Source of the DNA: a virus
Taxonomy: Duplodnaviria; Heunggongvirae; Uroviricota; Caudoviricetes
Direction: 5' to 3' (one strand)
Virus record (IMG/VR): IMGVR_UViG_3300021963_000042
Coordinates: 64,001-126,843 of that record
Length of the DNA stretch: 62,843 nucleotides
Part shown: positions 1 to 10,188 of the stretch, one piece after another
How the letters are laid out: every line of letters starts with the position of its first letter
Position numbering within the stretch: the first letter of the stretch is position 1
Notes under the pieces: model-generated
The model's database searches: none
What the model was told of the DNA's origin: nothing
What the model saw: only the letters and a program-made list of their open reading frames with translations
Program-made: the position numbers and the translations under genes

Positions 1-784
1 GTCCGTTACCGTTGGTAACAACGATTCTACCTGTAGTTCCAGCAATAGTTCTGGCAGTAACACCAGCATCTCCATTCTTGACGATCATACCACGACTTGC
101 AGTCGTTAAACCAGAAACAGAAGATAGAATGGAAGCCTGAGGTTGAACGTCAGTACCGATAACTACACCGAGTGTAGAACGACCAGCAGCTGCATCTGCA
201 TCATCTATTAAGCTGCGACCGAATGCTGTAAATGTTGCAAGCGCAGCAGTAGCAGATCCAGTGAAATATGGTAATCTATCAGCAGCAGAAGTAAGACCAG
301 CCAAAGCTGCCAATTCAGCATCATATGCTTGAACGTCAGTACCAATAGCCAAACCTAAGTTAGTTCTCGCTCCAGTAGCTGTAGTAGAACCAGTACCACC
401 AGCTGCAATGGGAATAGATCCGCCAGCGATAGTAATAGAACCAACAGAAACAGCGCCACTGAAAGTTGCAGAAGTTCCAGCTAATGCGCCAGAAAGTATA
501 AGCGAGTTTAGAGCAGTGTTACCAGAGGCATCACGTGTAACTACTGAACTCTTATCTGCAACAGAAGGTAGAGTAGCAGAAGTATTCAGTCCATCCAGCA
601 AGTCAGCATCTAGACCAGAAGCAGCACCATCAACAGTGATGAGTTTTGCTAAAACGTCCGCTGCATTGTAGCTCGTTGCTGTTAACTTTGTTCCCAACTC
701 GGTATTCAAGTTGGTAAAGTTTGCATCAACTTCGGTGTTTGTAAGGGGAGAACCCTTGGATTGTCTTAAAACGAGTGTCGCCAT
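1..784 (-). CDS. Tail fibre / virion structural protein (5' part; runs off left edge)
   Basis: Hand-translated open frame from ATG at 784: MATLVLRQSKGSPLTNTEVDANFTNLNTEL...GLDADLLDG...RTNLGLAIGTDVQAYDAELAALAG. The GLDADLLDG motif and Gly/Ala/Thr repeats are typical of phage fibres. Absent from the ORF track because it is incomplete. Confidence 0.75.
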   Translation of the reverse strand, partial: MATLVLRQSKGSPLTNTEVDANFTNLNTELGTKLTATSYNAADVLAKLITVDGAASGLDADLLDGLNTSATLPSVADKSSVVTRDASGNTALNSLILSGALAGTSATFSGAVSVGSITIAGGSIPIAAGGTGSTTATGARTNLGLAIGTDVQAYDAELAALAGLTSAADRLPYFTGSATAALATFTAFGRSLIDDADAAAGRSTLGVVIGTDVQPQASILSSVSGLTTASRGMIVKNGDAGVTARTIAGTTGRIVVTNGNG

Positions 785-800
785 TATTTTCCCTTAGTTA

Positions 801-1025
801 TCAGCGATCTTTTATTAGCAAAGCTAACATCTGTTTGATCTCAGATATTTCTGATTTTAAATTATTTAGTTCTTGTCTTTGCGTAGACATTTCTTCTTTT
901 TCAGCCAAAACCGCATTTCTACGAGCCATATATTCCTGGTATTCGGTCATGCTGGTATTGATGACAGCCTTGCTAGAAGAGTCTCTAACCAAACTGTCAT
1001 GTCCCTGAACTTTTAAATATTCCAT
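801..1025 (-). CDS. Conserved hypothetical protein, C-terminal coiled coil
   Basis: MEYLKVQGHDSLVRDSSSKAVIN; start overlaps upstream stop (TAATG). Confidence 0.7.
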   Translation of the reverse strand: MEYLKVQGHDSLVRDSSSKAVINTSMTEYQEYMARRNAVLAEKEEMSTQRQELNNLKSEISEIKQMLALLIKDR

Positions 1026-4000
1026 TATGCGCAAGCAATAATTCTTAGATCTTTGATTCTTGGAATCGCAGAACTGTTAGTAGATTTCATAGCCAACTTA
1101 ATCTGAAGAGAATCAAACGGACTCAATCCTGTGATTGAATAGTCTACATCATAAAACTTCTCATCGCCGACCTCTGTTTTTACAACAGTTCCAGTTGGTG
1201 TAGCTAGAGTATATTTAGTTTTATCCAGATTACCAGTCCCCAAAGTAGTCTTATAATATACCTCAACATCAGCTGCCGAAGGAATATTTGCAGAATAGCG
1301 AACCTTAATGAATGTAGAAGGTAAGGCTAACTTAATCGCTTTGGTAACATATTTTGACGATGTAGAAGAACCCAATGGGGAAATATCGTCAGTGAATAGG
1401 TTAATTGTAGAGAAAGTTTGAGCACTAGTGCTTGTAGTTTCTGCTGTTGGGAATGTTCCAGATACAGTCAAAGTACAAGTAGTTCCATCGTCTACAACGC
1501 TGGTAACCAGATATGAACCGCTATTTCCAGTTCCACCCATAACTACCTGGATCCACTGACCAACCGCAACTGTTTGCATCAGAGTGCGGACTGTAGAGTT
1601 TGTAGAAGTTATTGTAGAACCACCAGCCGTAACAGACCAAGCACCAGTAGCTCCTGTGAACAGAGTCACATAATCTACAGGAGTGACGTCCATATTAGCG
1701 TGGCTAGGCTTATTGATTCTATTGTTAATAGCAACTAAACTGACACGGCTTGTATCAATAACTGGCGATAGGGAAGAGTTTGTAGAAGACAAGTTAACAG
1801 ACATAGTCAACGACTTATTTCCCGAAAGAAGGAAGTTCTCGTTTGTCTCAGAGCAAATTACTCTTGGAGTACCCCAGTTGTTGTTTTCGTTGCCTAAGCA
1901 ACTCACAAAACTAACATCCTGAATGTATGGAACTTCTACGCCATCAATAGACTTACCTGTAGTGCTCTTAACTGAGAACGTAGTATTAGTGTCAGAGAAA
2001 TTCTGAACTTGAGCAATTGGGTTGAACAGATCATACATAATCTGTCCAGTAGCTCTTACTGTAGTTCCACCGAAGTATCCAGTAGAAGTTGCGTTAGACG
2101 TAGAAGTGATGGTATAAGAATCCAAGTCTACGTTTGAAACAACTTTAGTTCCATTAATCTGAGTGGCAGCAATACCTGCAATAGTAGAAGCAACCCCAGT
2201 GATTGTAACTTTAGAACCTTCTGTTAAGCCATGGTTTGTATGCCAAACACGAATAATGTTAGAACCAGTTGTAACCTGTAGTGGATTATTTTCCAGAGTT
2301 GTATATGGCAGAACGTCATTAACGAACTGAACAGTACCAACACCAGAGATATCGAACTCGGCACGATAGATCTTGAACATCAAGTCCTGAGTTTGGTCAG
2401 TAGTCCAAGTAGATGCGTTCTGAGACTTGAACAGAGAACCAAGATAAGGTTGTTCAGAAATAGTACGAGTTGTTCCTGGGATCATATCACCCATCTGAGA
2501 AATCCAACACTTATAGTTGTTAGAGTCAGAAATCAAAACGATACAGTATTCAGATGCGTCCTGAACATATACAGGAGAAGGGAATGTAAATGACGTTGGT
2601 GTATCATACTTTGCTGTAGTTACGCCATCCAAATCAACAGTATTATTTGAAATGTTAACTTGACTTGGGTTCAACGTCACACGTGAGAATGGTAGAACAC
2701 GTTTACCTGGATATCCGTTAACAACGTCACGGATCTCAAGGGTAACTGGGATACGGTCGTCTTTAGTTGCAAAGAAAATGTCAACCTTAGTTAAGAACGC
2801 ACCACCCTTGTTATCAACCAAGAATGTCTGAGCAAGTGGATCGTACCAACCACTATCTGCAATTACACGATTGCTAGTTTCAATAATAGTTCGGCTATCT
2901 CCAACAACCTCTTGTACCAACTCAGCGTTTCTAACCGCATTAACTGTTGCTTGTTTAGTTTCAACAATACCTTCTGCACGATAAGAAGCACGACCACGAG
3001 AAGTGTATTCACCAGTGGCAGTAACAGAGTCAATCAATTTGAACTCACGAGTTCCAGTACGGAAACGAACCGCATCAGTATTTGGAATGTTAAAGATTAA
3101 ATCAACATTACCGTTCTTGTTTGTAACGATATCGCTACCAACAGTCTTCAAAGAAATTGATGTAACAGTTCCAGTAGCATTACTTGTAGAACCAGTAATC
3201 TGTTCGTTAGCTTGGAATGTTCCAATTACGTTAGCCACGTACATGGCTTTAATGCCAGTATCTGGATCAGTTTCTAGACCAGTAACAACTGCCGTCGCAC
3301 CAGAAGTAACACCCGTGATAACATCACCACGAGTCAAACAGCTCTGGGAGTCACCATTAATACGGCGAGCGTTTTCAGAAGAAAGACCGCCAACGATATT
3401 TTCCCAGAAGAAAGTTCCAGATCCAGCAGTATAAGTTATCTTAGATGTTGGAGTGATATAAGAACCAATGCTTACATCATCAAAGTATGCATAGAATTTA
3501 GTTGATGGTTTTAAACCACGAACTTGAACTAAGATATTTCTAGAACGAATGTATGGAATGATTGCAGTAGAAACAACACGATCAGAAATAGTCTGACGAT
3601 CAATCTTCTGAACTAAGTTGGTTTTAATACCAGTTCTTGCTTGTCCAAAAGTTTGAGCAGTTTGTTCATATGTTACAGTTCTACGTGGACCGCCACCTTG
3701 GGTTTCAGACCATGCACCTCTAGATACTGGTGTTCCTGCCCACTGTGTTTGCCAAGCATTCCAAACAGTACCCAGCGCATTAGCTCTTTGCGCTAATGTA
3801 GAAATAGTTGTGAAGTTACCTTCAACATTATTGACAATATCTGGTCTGCGTTCAGTCTCGAACCACTCATCGCTAGCAGGGGTAAGTTTAACGTCGCCAA
3901 TGAAAGTGAATACTGCGAATGGATTGATGTTTTCTAAACGAGAACCGAACTCTTGTTTAACCAATGGTACGTGACTCAAAATAGGTAGAGTGATGACATC

Positions 4001-7000
4001 ACCACTAACTTTATACATTGAAGCGCTACGTTGAGAATCGTTAATATTCTTCTCAATCATATTCACGTTCTTCATTGAGAAATATGGACGCAACTCGCCA
4101 TTTTCCATATCAACAGAACACATGTAATCTGGAGAAGAAACTCCACCTACCGCATGTCCTGCAAAGTTGTCAACAATGAAACCATTCTTCAAACGATCAA
4201 GACCGCTAGAATCTGTAATCTTCATAGTCTCAGTAGACTGTTCTAACAGAGACAATGTAGTATAGTATTCTAGGTTGTCAATACGTTTTTCCAACTTACC
4301 AATGTCACGCATTGTGTAACGCTTATTGTCTTGCTTCTCGGCTTGCACAGAGTTTGTAGCAGGAGTATATGCGTCTAGAGATAATTTGTAAAGAACGATA
4401 CCTGTAGATGGGTCAGCAGGATCACCTGGAGTTAGAGATGAAGATCCTGAAATGCTGAAGAAGTTACCGTTAATGTCAACAGCAATTTTCTCTTTTCGTG
4501 GCAAATAATATGTGAAGTCTGCAGTTACGTTTGAACCACGTTTAGGTAAGTTAGTTGGTGTAAGTGTAATACCATCATCATTCATTCTTGGACGGAAATC
4601 TAAACCATCTCTTAATGTAGCTGGGATTTCAGTATATGCAACTGTTGAAGGGTATGAACTTACAGAACAGTAATCGCCGTTAGAATGGTTGAAATATTCA
4701 AACTCGACTATAATTGGAGCAGATGGTGGAATGTAACCATCTCTCAATACAATAGAACACAAATCATAGTGAGTGTTACGCTGTCCATTGTCGAAGTCAT
4801 AACGATCAGAGATATCGATAGTATATGTTCCAGTTGGAGAAGAGAAAGAACCTGTGTCCATCTTCACGCTGGTCAATTTCCATCCATCAGCTTTACCAAG
4901 GTATAATCTTGTTGGGCTTGCAGTAGCCAAAGTTGTAAATGTCTTTGTTGCGCCAGTTACAAGAGTTTTAGTTTTCTCAGTAGAAAGAGAACCAGTCTTG
5001 TTAACAGCTGCTACAACAGTAATAGTTTGTCCGTTGTAAGCAGTGCTGATAGTAATAGAACAGCTTGTGCCGTTGTTAGCTACAGCAGTTGGTAGAATAA
5101 CATCACCATTGCTATTGCTTGTTAGAATATAGTTTCCAGTTACAGCGCCAGAAGCGAAAGAACCAGAAGAAGTAGAGATCTGAACCACACCAGCTGTACA
5201 AGTGGCAGAGAACACACCCATAACAGTATATGCAGTGTCATTAGTTCCAGTAGAACCTCTTAAACTGCGAACAGTTGGATAAGGTAATTTAAAGATAAGA
5301 GTATCTTTATCAGAGTCTACAATTTTACTCTTGATTAAAGAGTATGCAGAACCAGTTGCAGTTAAACTAGTTCCAAGTGTTAAAGATGTTTGTGAAGCGA
5401 TAGAAGCAACACGGTAACCAGAACCACCAACATAAATGTAGTCACCAGCCACCAAATCAGTCAAGAAAGAAGTACCAGTACCTGTTACAGTAGTACCTGC
5501 TGCAGTAACAGAACCGATTAAAGGTGTTGTGATTGGGCTAACGTCTGCAGTGAAGCCCCAGCTAGTCAATTCAAGTTGTTTAACGTGTCTGTTAAATTCC
5601 TTACCAGCATTCATTGTAATATTGTACAAGAATATTTTGTAAGTCGCTGCAACTGAACCGATGGTTCCATTATCCCACTCGATAGCACGAACACGAGCAG
5701 TACCAATAATATTACCTGCTGCAACATCACGTGTTACAGTTAACTGATCACGCAAGTTAATCAAACCATTAGTGGTGATAGGTGGCGTGCCGTACAGGTT
5801 TGTTATTACAACATAACTACCCATTTCAGGATACAAATATGCATTATCTGCTTGAGAGTACTCACGTGCTTTAGACACTGCTACATACTCAGTTCCTGTT
5901 TTTTCAACTTCATAGCCACGAACGTATGCTTTACCTGGCTCGAGACCAATTGCAAGTTTACTTTCATCACCATTAATGTAGATACCACGATTGTAGTAAG
6001 GTGAAGTAGTATACTGCCAATTGATACCAGTATTACCTGGACCGTCATATGCGGAGCTAGAAGTGTGAGTCGGAGCAGTAGAAGCTGTTGTGCCACTGTT
6101 TTTAGCAACATATGTATTGCTACCATTGGTAACTACGTCGCCGATAAGAACTGCTGTGTTGGCAGTCCACGCACCTCGTTTATTATTTCTGTGCTCACGA
6201 ATGTCGATACCGAAGTCACGAACAGTATAGTCGCCAGATTCATCATAAGTACGACGAGCAAGAGTTTTTTCTAGTTCTGCATACTCAGTTTTGTTAACAA
6301 TTTTCTGATTAACACCCTCATCAGTTCTCAATAATTCGATAAAGTCTTTATCTGCAATATCAGTTAATGAAAGTTTGGTTAGTGTTAAATCGATATAATA
6401 ACGATGTGCACCTGGAGCAGCAAAGTTATAGCTGTTCTGTGCGTTGTCTAGAAGTTGTTCGTTGTCTTCTGGAGTTACAATAGATTCAGTAACTTTCAAA
6501 CCAACACGGTAAGAAGGGGCTACGCTATATTTCTCAAGAATGATAGATTGTTGTGCACAAAGAACGAAGAATCCGTTAACGAAATAAACACCTCGTTCAA
6601 TTGTACAGATAGAACCTTGTCCTGTTGCAGAATCTGCTACAGCTTGGAAAGAGTACAAACCATCTTCAGTGGTAATTACTTCTCCATTAGCGAATCTCTT
6701 TGTTGTTCCATTGTTACCTGAGTTTACATAGCGAACATAAAGAGTTGTTGGATCTGTTGGGCTAGAACTCTGAGTCTTGATGACAGTAGCCTTTAGCGAC
6801 TGAGCCTGTCCAACAATAGTTGCGTTTTCCAACTGATTGATGAAGGTTTCAACAGCTACACCATTATACAGAGGTACAAGTTTAATATACTCAGCATTCA
6901 AATCTAAAGAGATTTGTCCAGGAATAACCATCGCACCTTGTTTAAACAGATGGTTACCTGTTCGTGCGATTTGCTGTTGTAAAATTGTTTGTAGTTGGGT

Positions 7001-7105
7001 TAACTCACGAGCCTGAACAGCGAATGAAGGACGAAACAAAATTCGATAGAATTTATCATCCTCAGCGTAGTCATCATTATATGGTTCGGTATTGAAATCG
7101 ATCAT
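1025..7105 (-). CDS. Large virion structural protein, DUF4815/VrlC-like (baseplate/tail)
   Basis: 2026 aa; N-terminal PYNDDY...FYRILFRP..AVQARELTQLQTILQ motif typical of T4-like aquatic myophages; YDPLAQTF motif. Confidence 0.85.
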   Translation of the reverse strand: MIDFNTEPYNDDYAEDDKFYRILFRPSFAVQARELTQLQTILQQQIARTGNHLFKQGAMVIPGQISLDLNAEYIKLVPLYNGVAVETFINQLENATIVGQAQSLKATVIKTQSSSPTDPTTLYVRYVNSGNNGTTKRFANGEVITTEDGLYSFQAVADSATGQGSICTIERGVYFVNGFFVLCAQQSIILEKYSVAPSYRVGLKVTESIVTPEDNEQLLDNAQNSYNFAAPGAHRYYIDLTLTKLSLTDIADKDFIELLRTDEGVNQKIVNKTEYAELEKTLARRTYDESGDYTVRDFGIDIREHRNNKRGAWTANTAVLIGDVVTNGSNTYVAKNSGTTASTAPTHTSSSAYDGPGNTGINWQYTTSPYYNRGIYINGDESKLAIGLEPGKAYVRGYEVEKTGTEYVAVSKAREYSQADNAYLYPEMGSYVVITNLYGTPPITTNGLINLRDQLTVTRDVAAGNIIGTARVRAIEWDNGTIGSVAATYKIFLYNITMNAGKEFNRHVKQLELTSWGFTADVSPITTPLIGSVTAAGTTVTGTGTSFLTDLVAGDYIYVGGSGYRVASIASQTSLTLGTSLTATGSAYSLIKSKIVDSDKDTLIFKLPYPTVRSLRGSTGTNDTAYTVMGVFSATCTAGVVQISTSSGSFASGAVTGNYILTSNSNGDVILPTAVANNGTSCSITISTAYNGQTITVVAAVNKTGSLSTEKTKTLVTGATKTFTTLATASPTRLYLGKADGWKLTSVKMDTGSFSSPTGTYTIDISDRYDFDNGQRNTHYDLCSIVLRDGYIPPSAPIIVEFEYFNHSNGDYCSVSSYPSTVAYTEIPATLRDGLDFRPRMNDDGITLTPTNLPKRGSNVTADFTYYLPRKEKIAVDINGNFFSISGSSSLTPGDPADPSTGIVLYKLSLDAYTPATNSVQAEKQDNKRYTMRDIGKLEKRIDNLEYYTTLSLLEQSTETMKITDSSGLDRLKNGFIVDNFAGHAVGGVSSPDYMCSVDMENGELRPYFSMKNVNMIEKNINDSQRSASMYKVSGDVITLPILSHVPLVKQEFGSRLENINPFAVFTFIGDVKLTPASDEWFETERRPDIVNNVEGNFTTISTLAQRANALGTVWNAWQTQWAGTPVSRGAWSETQGGGPRRTVTYEQTAQTFGQARTGIKTNLVQKIDRQTISDRVVSTAIIPYIRSRNILVQVRGLKPSTKFYAYFDDVSIGSYITPTSKITYTAGSGTFFWENIVGGLSSENARRINGDSQSCLTRGDVITGVTSGATAVVTGLETDPDTGIKAMYVANVIGTFQANEQITGSTSNATGTVTSISLKTVGSDIVTNKNGNVDLIFNIPNTDAVRFRTGTREFKLIDSVTATGEYTSRGRASYRAEGIVETKQATVNAVRNAELVQEVVGDSRTIIETSNRVIADSGWYDPLAQTFLVDNKGGAFLTKVDIFFATKDDRIPVTLEIRDVVNGYPGKRVLPFSRVTLNPSQVNISNNTVDLDGVTTAKYDTPTSFTFPSPVYVQDASEYCIVLISDSNNYKCWISQMGDMIPGTTRTISEQPYLGSLFKSQNASTWTTDQTQDLMFKIYRAEFDISGVGTVQFVNDVLPYTTLENNPLQVTTGSNIIRVWHTNHGLTEGSKVTITGVASTIAGIAATQINGTKVVSNVDLDSYTITSTSNATSTGYFGGTTVRATGQIMYDLFNPIAQVQNFSDTNTTFSVKSTTGKSIDGVEVPYIQDVSFVSCLGNENNNWGTPRVICSETNENFLLSGNKSLTMSVNLSSTNSSLSPVIDTSRVSLVAINNRINKPSHANMDVTPVDYVTLFTGATGAWSVTAGGSTITSTNSTVRTLMQTVAVGQWIQVVMGGTGNSGSYLVTSVVDDGTTCTLTVSGTFPTAETTSTSAQTFSTINLFTDDISPLGSSTSSKYVTKAIKLALPSTFIKVRYSANIPSAADVEVYYKTTLGTGNLDKTKYTLATPTGTVVKTEVGDEKFYDVDYSITGLSPFDSLQIKLAMKSTNSSAIPRIKDLRIIACA

Positions 7106-7137
7106 CGTTTACTCTATCTTTAAAGATTAATTGCTAA

Positions 7138-7144
7138 TATTTAT
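7138..7144 (-). promoter_or_regulatory. T4-type late promoter (ATAAATA)
   Basis: ATAAATA on minus strand about 35 nt upstream of the 7105 start. Confidence 0.55.
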
Positions 7145-9717
7145 TAGAATTTTATAACAGTTCTAAGAGTAACTGTTTGGTCAGCCGTCGGGGTGAATGC
7201 TTGCTTGTTGTCTATAAACAGAAGCTCACCCGAATATTTATCAACTGTTGGAGGCGTCACTCCAGCAACACTGAATGTATTTGAAGAATCATTAGTGAAA
7301 ACAGAACCAACAGTTGGCACAGCATTATCTAGCGATTGAACTAAAGCAGAAGTAGAACTCAAGTTAACGATTCTAAATCTTCTATTAGTTGGAGCCAAGT
7401 AGATAATCTGGTCTTGAGCGAATTGAGCTAAGTTAATAGCACCATTCACAACCCAGCAACCAGAAAGTGCAGCTGCTTCCGTATTATACGTTGAAGCATA
7501 CTTACGTGGATTCTTGATAATACCAACTTGACGGAAGTCGTTATTAACTGAGAATCCTTGGTTAAGGTCTTTGGAGATGTTAGTGTAGAACATCAAAGAT
7601 CGTGCATAAAGACCTGCAATAGAATTTTTACCATGGCCACCAAAGTCTGTCATAATAGCACGAGCCTTAGCACCAAAGCCACCGCCACTAATTGTAACTT
7701 TAGCCCAACGATATCCTTGACCGTAGCTGGTCATTGTAATTTTAGTAACTTTACCGTTGACAACAGTTGCAGTAGCAGCAGCACCAGTGCCATCACCATC
7801 GATAGTCACTGTAGCACCAGAATATCCAAAGCCACCAGAAGTGACTCTGCATGACATAATTCTTCCATCAACAGTTAACAATTCTGTGTTAGCTTGTAAT
7901 GTAGAAACATCGCCTGGAGATAAATCTGCAGAAAGGGCTGCATCAGTGCCATCACCAGTTACTGATAGGTTAGCATATGTGTATCCAACACCACCATTTT
8001 CAATCTGAATCCCAACCAATGCGCCACCACTTAAAATTGGCAATAGTTTCGCTTCAGATTTAGTTCCAGATAGATAAGCCGCAGCACCAGTGCCTGCAGA
8101 TACAGGAGCAATAGTTACTGTTGGTAGAGAAGAATAACCAGCACCGTATCTCATGATTACAGTACCAGTCGCTGGAGAACCAGCATATGTTAATGTTGCA
8201 GTACCATTAGCAACAGCGCCAGTAGTATGAGTCGGCGCAGTAGAACTAGTAGTACCTGCAGTAGTTACAGTGTATAAACGACTTGAATAAAAAATCTGAG
8301 TTCCAACTGTATACGCAGTATTAGCTGCCCACTGTGTACCAAAAACTACTGATGGGATGCTTGTGAAATTGTCACCAGCGTCGCTGATAACTACATAAGA
8401 CACAGAAGTGCCAGATGTTACTGCATTAGCAATAACTCCACTACCACCGCCACCTGTGATTGTTACAGCTGGAGCAGAAGTATATCCAGAACCACCTGAG
8501 TTTAAGCTAATCTCACGAACAGAACCAATAAGGTTAAGAGCAGTTACTACACCACCTGTTACAGTAGCAGTAGCTTTTGCTGTTGTTCCAATATATTTTA
8601 AAGCAGCTGTTCCGTTTGCAACGATGCCAGACTTATGAGTTGGAGCTGGAGTGTCCAAAACACCAGTAATAGCAACTTCATAGATGTTACCATTATACTT
8701 AACCTTCTGACCAAGCAATACAGAAACACCAGATACCCATGTATTAGCTGAGAACGGATCGCTAAATGTTACAGTTGCGCCAGAAGTATATCCAGAACCA
8801 CCTGAAGTTATTTGATAGCCAGTTAAGAATAGAGGATCGCTCTCACGTGATCCGTCTCCGTTAACAGTAATGTTAGCGTATGTATAATTCTTACCTTGTC
8901 TATCAATCTTAATGGCACTTAATGCACCATTTGAATAGAACTGTCCACGTAGAGCAGTTACAACTGGCATGTAGACGTCAGTAAAGAATTTATTGCGAAG
9001 AGCAATAGGAATACTATACATATACTTCCACATATAACCATCGGGCATAGTTACTGGGTCTACAGTAGTTCCAACTGGTTTATATGTTGAAGCAGAATCA
9101 TTGTTGTTATCTAAACATTTGTATACGTTGTACTCATCTGTGACAACGTAAAACTTGGCGGACTCCATTGTCTTTGCGCCAGTATAAGACTTATTAACAC
9201 GAGCAGAAGCTAATGCGCCTTCACCACCACCGCCAGTTAAAGTTACTGTTGGGTTTGATGTATAACCACGACCATAATTAGTCATAGTGATATCGATTAC
9301 AATACCGTTGGCGATACTTGCCACTGCTGTTGCACCAGTACCTCCACCGCCAGTAATTGTAACTGTTGGTGGATCCGCATAACCGTATCCCCCAGATAGC
9401 AGATTAATGCCATCCAGAGTATCGCTATAATTGTCATCATACATATCATATACTGTGCCAGAAACCCAGTTGATGCGATCGATTACATATGCAACGTCAG
9501 TAGATTTAATTTCCTTCATCGTAATAATTTCATTACGAGTGTCGAAAGTATAATCCGTAGAATCAATTGGATATGGTGGGTTGAGTTCATCATCCCAGGA
9601 CAAAGTTTTGCCCAAGAAGTAATAATAACGAGATTGACGTGTCTGAATCTCGTTATATAAACCTTCAGAGATGGATGTGTGTAACTCTGACTTCAGTAGT
9701 GAGGATGTACTAGACAT
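7144..9717 (-). CDS. gp8: Baseplate wedge subunit gp8-like, with inserted Gly-rich and carbohydrate-binding-like repeats
   Basis: [44 protein letters not shown] motifs of T4 gp8; position in baseplate cluster. Confidence 0.85.
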   Translation of the reverse strand: MSSTSSLLKSELHTSISEGLYNEIQTRQSRYYYFLGKTLSWDDELNPPYPIDSTDYTFDTRNEIITMKEIKSTDVAYVIDRINWVSGTVYDMYDDNYSDTLDGINLLSGGYGYADPPTVTITGGGGTGATAVASIANGIVIDITMTNYGRGYTSNPTVTLTGGGGEGALASARVNKSYTGAKTMESAKFYVVTDEYNVYKCLDNNNDSASTYKPVGTTVDPVTMPDGYMWKYMYSIPIALRNKFFTDVYMPVVTALRGQFYSNGALSAIKIDRQGKNYTYANITVNGDGSRESDPLFLTGYQITSGGSGYTSGATVTFSDPFSANTWVSGVSVLLGQKVKYNGNIYEVAITGVLDTPAPTHKSGIVANGTAALKYIGTTAKATATVTGGVVTALNLIGSVREISLNSGGSGYTSAPAVTITGGGGSGVIANAVTSGTSVSYVVISDAGDNFTSIPSVVFGTQWAANTAYTVGTQIFYSSRLYTVTTAGTTSSTAPTHTTGAVANGTATLTYAGSPATGTVIMRYGAGYSSLPTVTIAPVSAGTGAAAYLSGTKSEAKLLPILSGGALVGIQIENGGVGYTYANLSVTGDGTDAALSADLSPGDVSTLQANTELLTVDGRIMSCRVTSGGFGYSGATVTIDGDGTGAAATATVVNGKVTKITMTSYGQGYRWAKVTISGGGFGAKARAIMTDFGGHGKNSIAGLYARSLMFYTNISKDLNQGFSVNNDFRQVGIIKNPRKYASTYNTEAAALSGCWVVNGAINLAQFAQDQIIYLAPTNRRFRIVNLSSTSALVQSLDNAVPTVGSVFTNDSSNTFSVAGVTPPTVDKYSGELLFIDNKQAFTPTADQTVTLRTVIKF

Positions 9718-9735
9718 TTACGCTCTTTTAAAAGA

Positions 9736-10176
9736 TTAGCTTACAGTAACAACCCAAGTAATAGCAATAGTGTCGCTTGCTTGTTTAGTAACAGTTGGGA
9801 AAGTAGTGCGGCACAACATTGTACCAGCAGAGCTTGCATTGAAAATACCAGCTTCAACGATAGCGCCAGTACCAACACCAGCGTTAAATGTAGCTGTATA
9901 AGTAACTTGGTTGTTTGTTGTAGAACCAGTACAAGTAGCACGACCTGCTTCGATAGTTAAAGTGGTGTCAGCAACAGCTGGAGTGGCATTACTCGTGCCG
10001 ATAGCCATGTGAGACATTGGGTTTAAAGTAGTACCAGTCATGCGTGACGCAATAAAGTTCTTACCTGCAGTAACAACTAGGTTTGGTACGTGAATAGAAT
10101 TTTTGATGTTTCCATCAACATCACGGTGAACGATTGTCAATTCACCTTTCATTTTTAAGCCTTCATTTAGATCCAT
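9736..10176 (-). CDS. Putative virion structural protein
   Basis: 146 aa, Thr/Gly/Ala-rich, NLVVTAGKNFIASRM...EAGIFNASSAGTMLCR; good RBS; inside structural operon. Confidence 0.65.
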   Translation of the reverse strand: MDLNEGLKMKGELTIVHRDVDGNIKNSIHVPNLVVTAGKNFIASRMTGTTLNPMSHMAIGTSNATPAVADTTLTIEAGRATCTGSTTNNQVTYTATFNAGVGTGAIVEAGIFNASSAGTMLCRTTFPTVTKQASDTIAITWVVTVS

Positions 10177-10188
10177 AAGTATCTCCTA

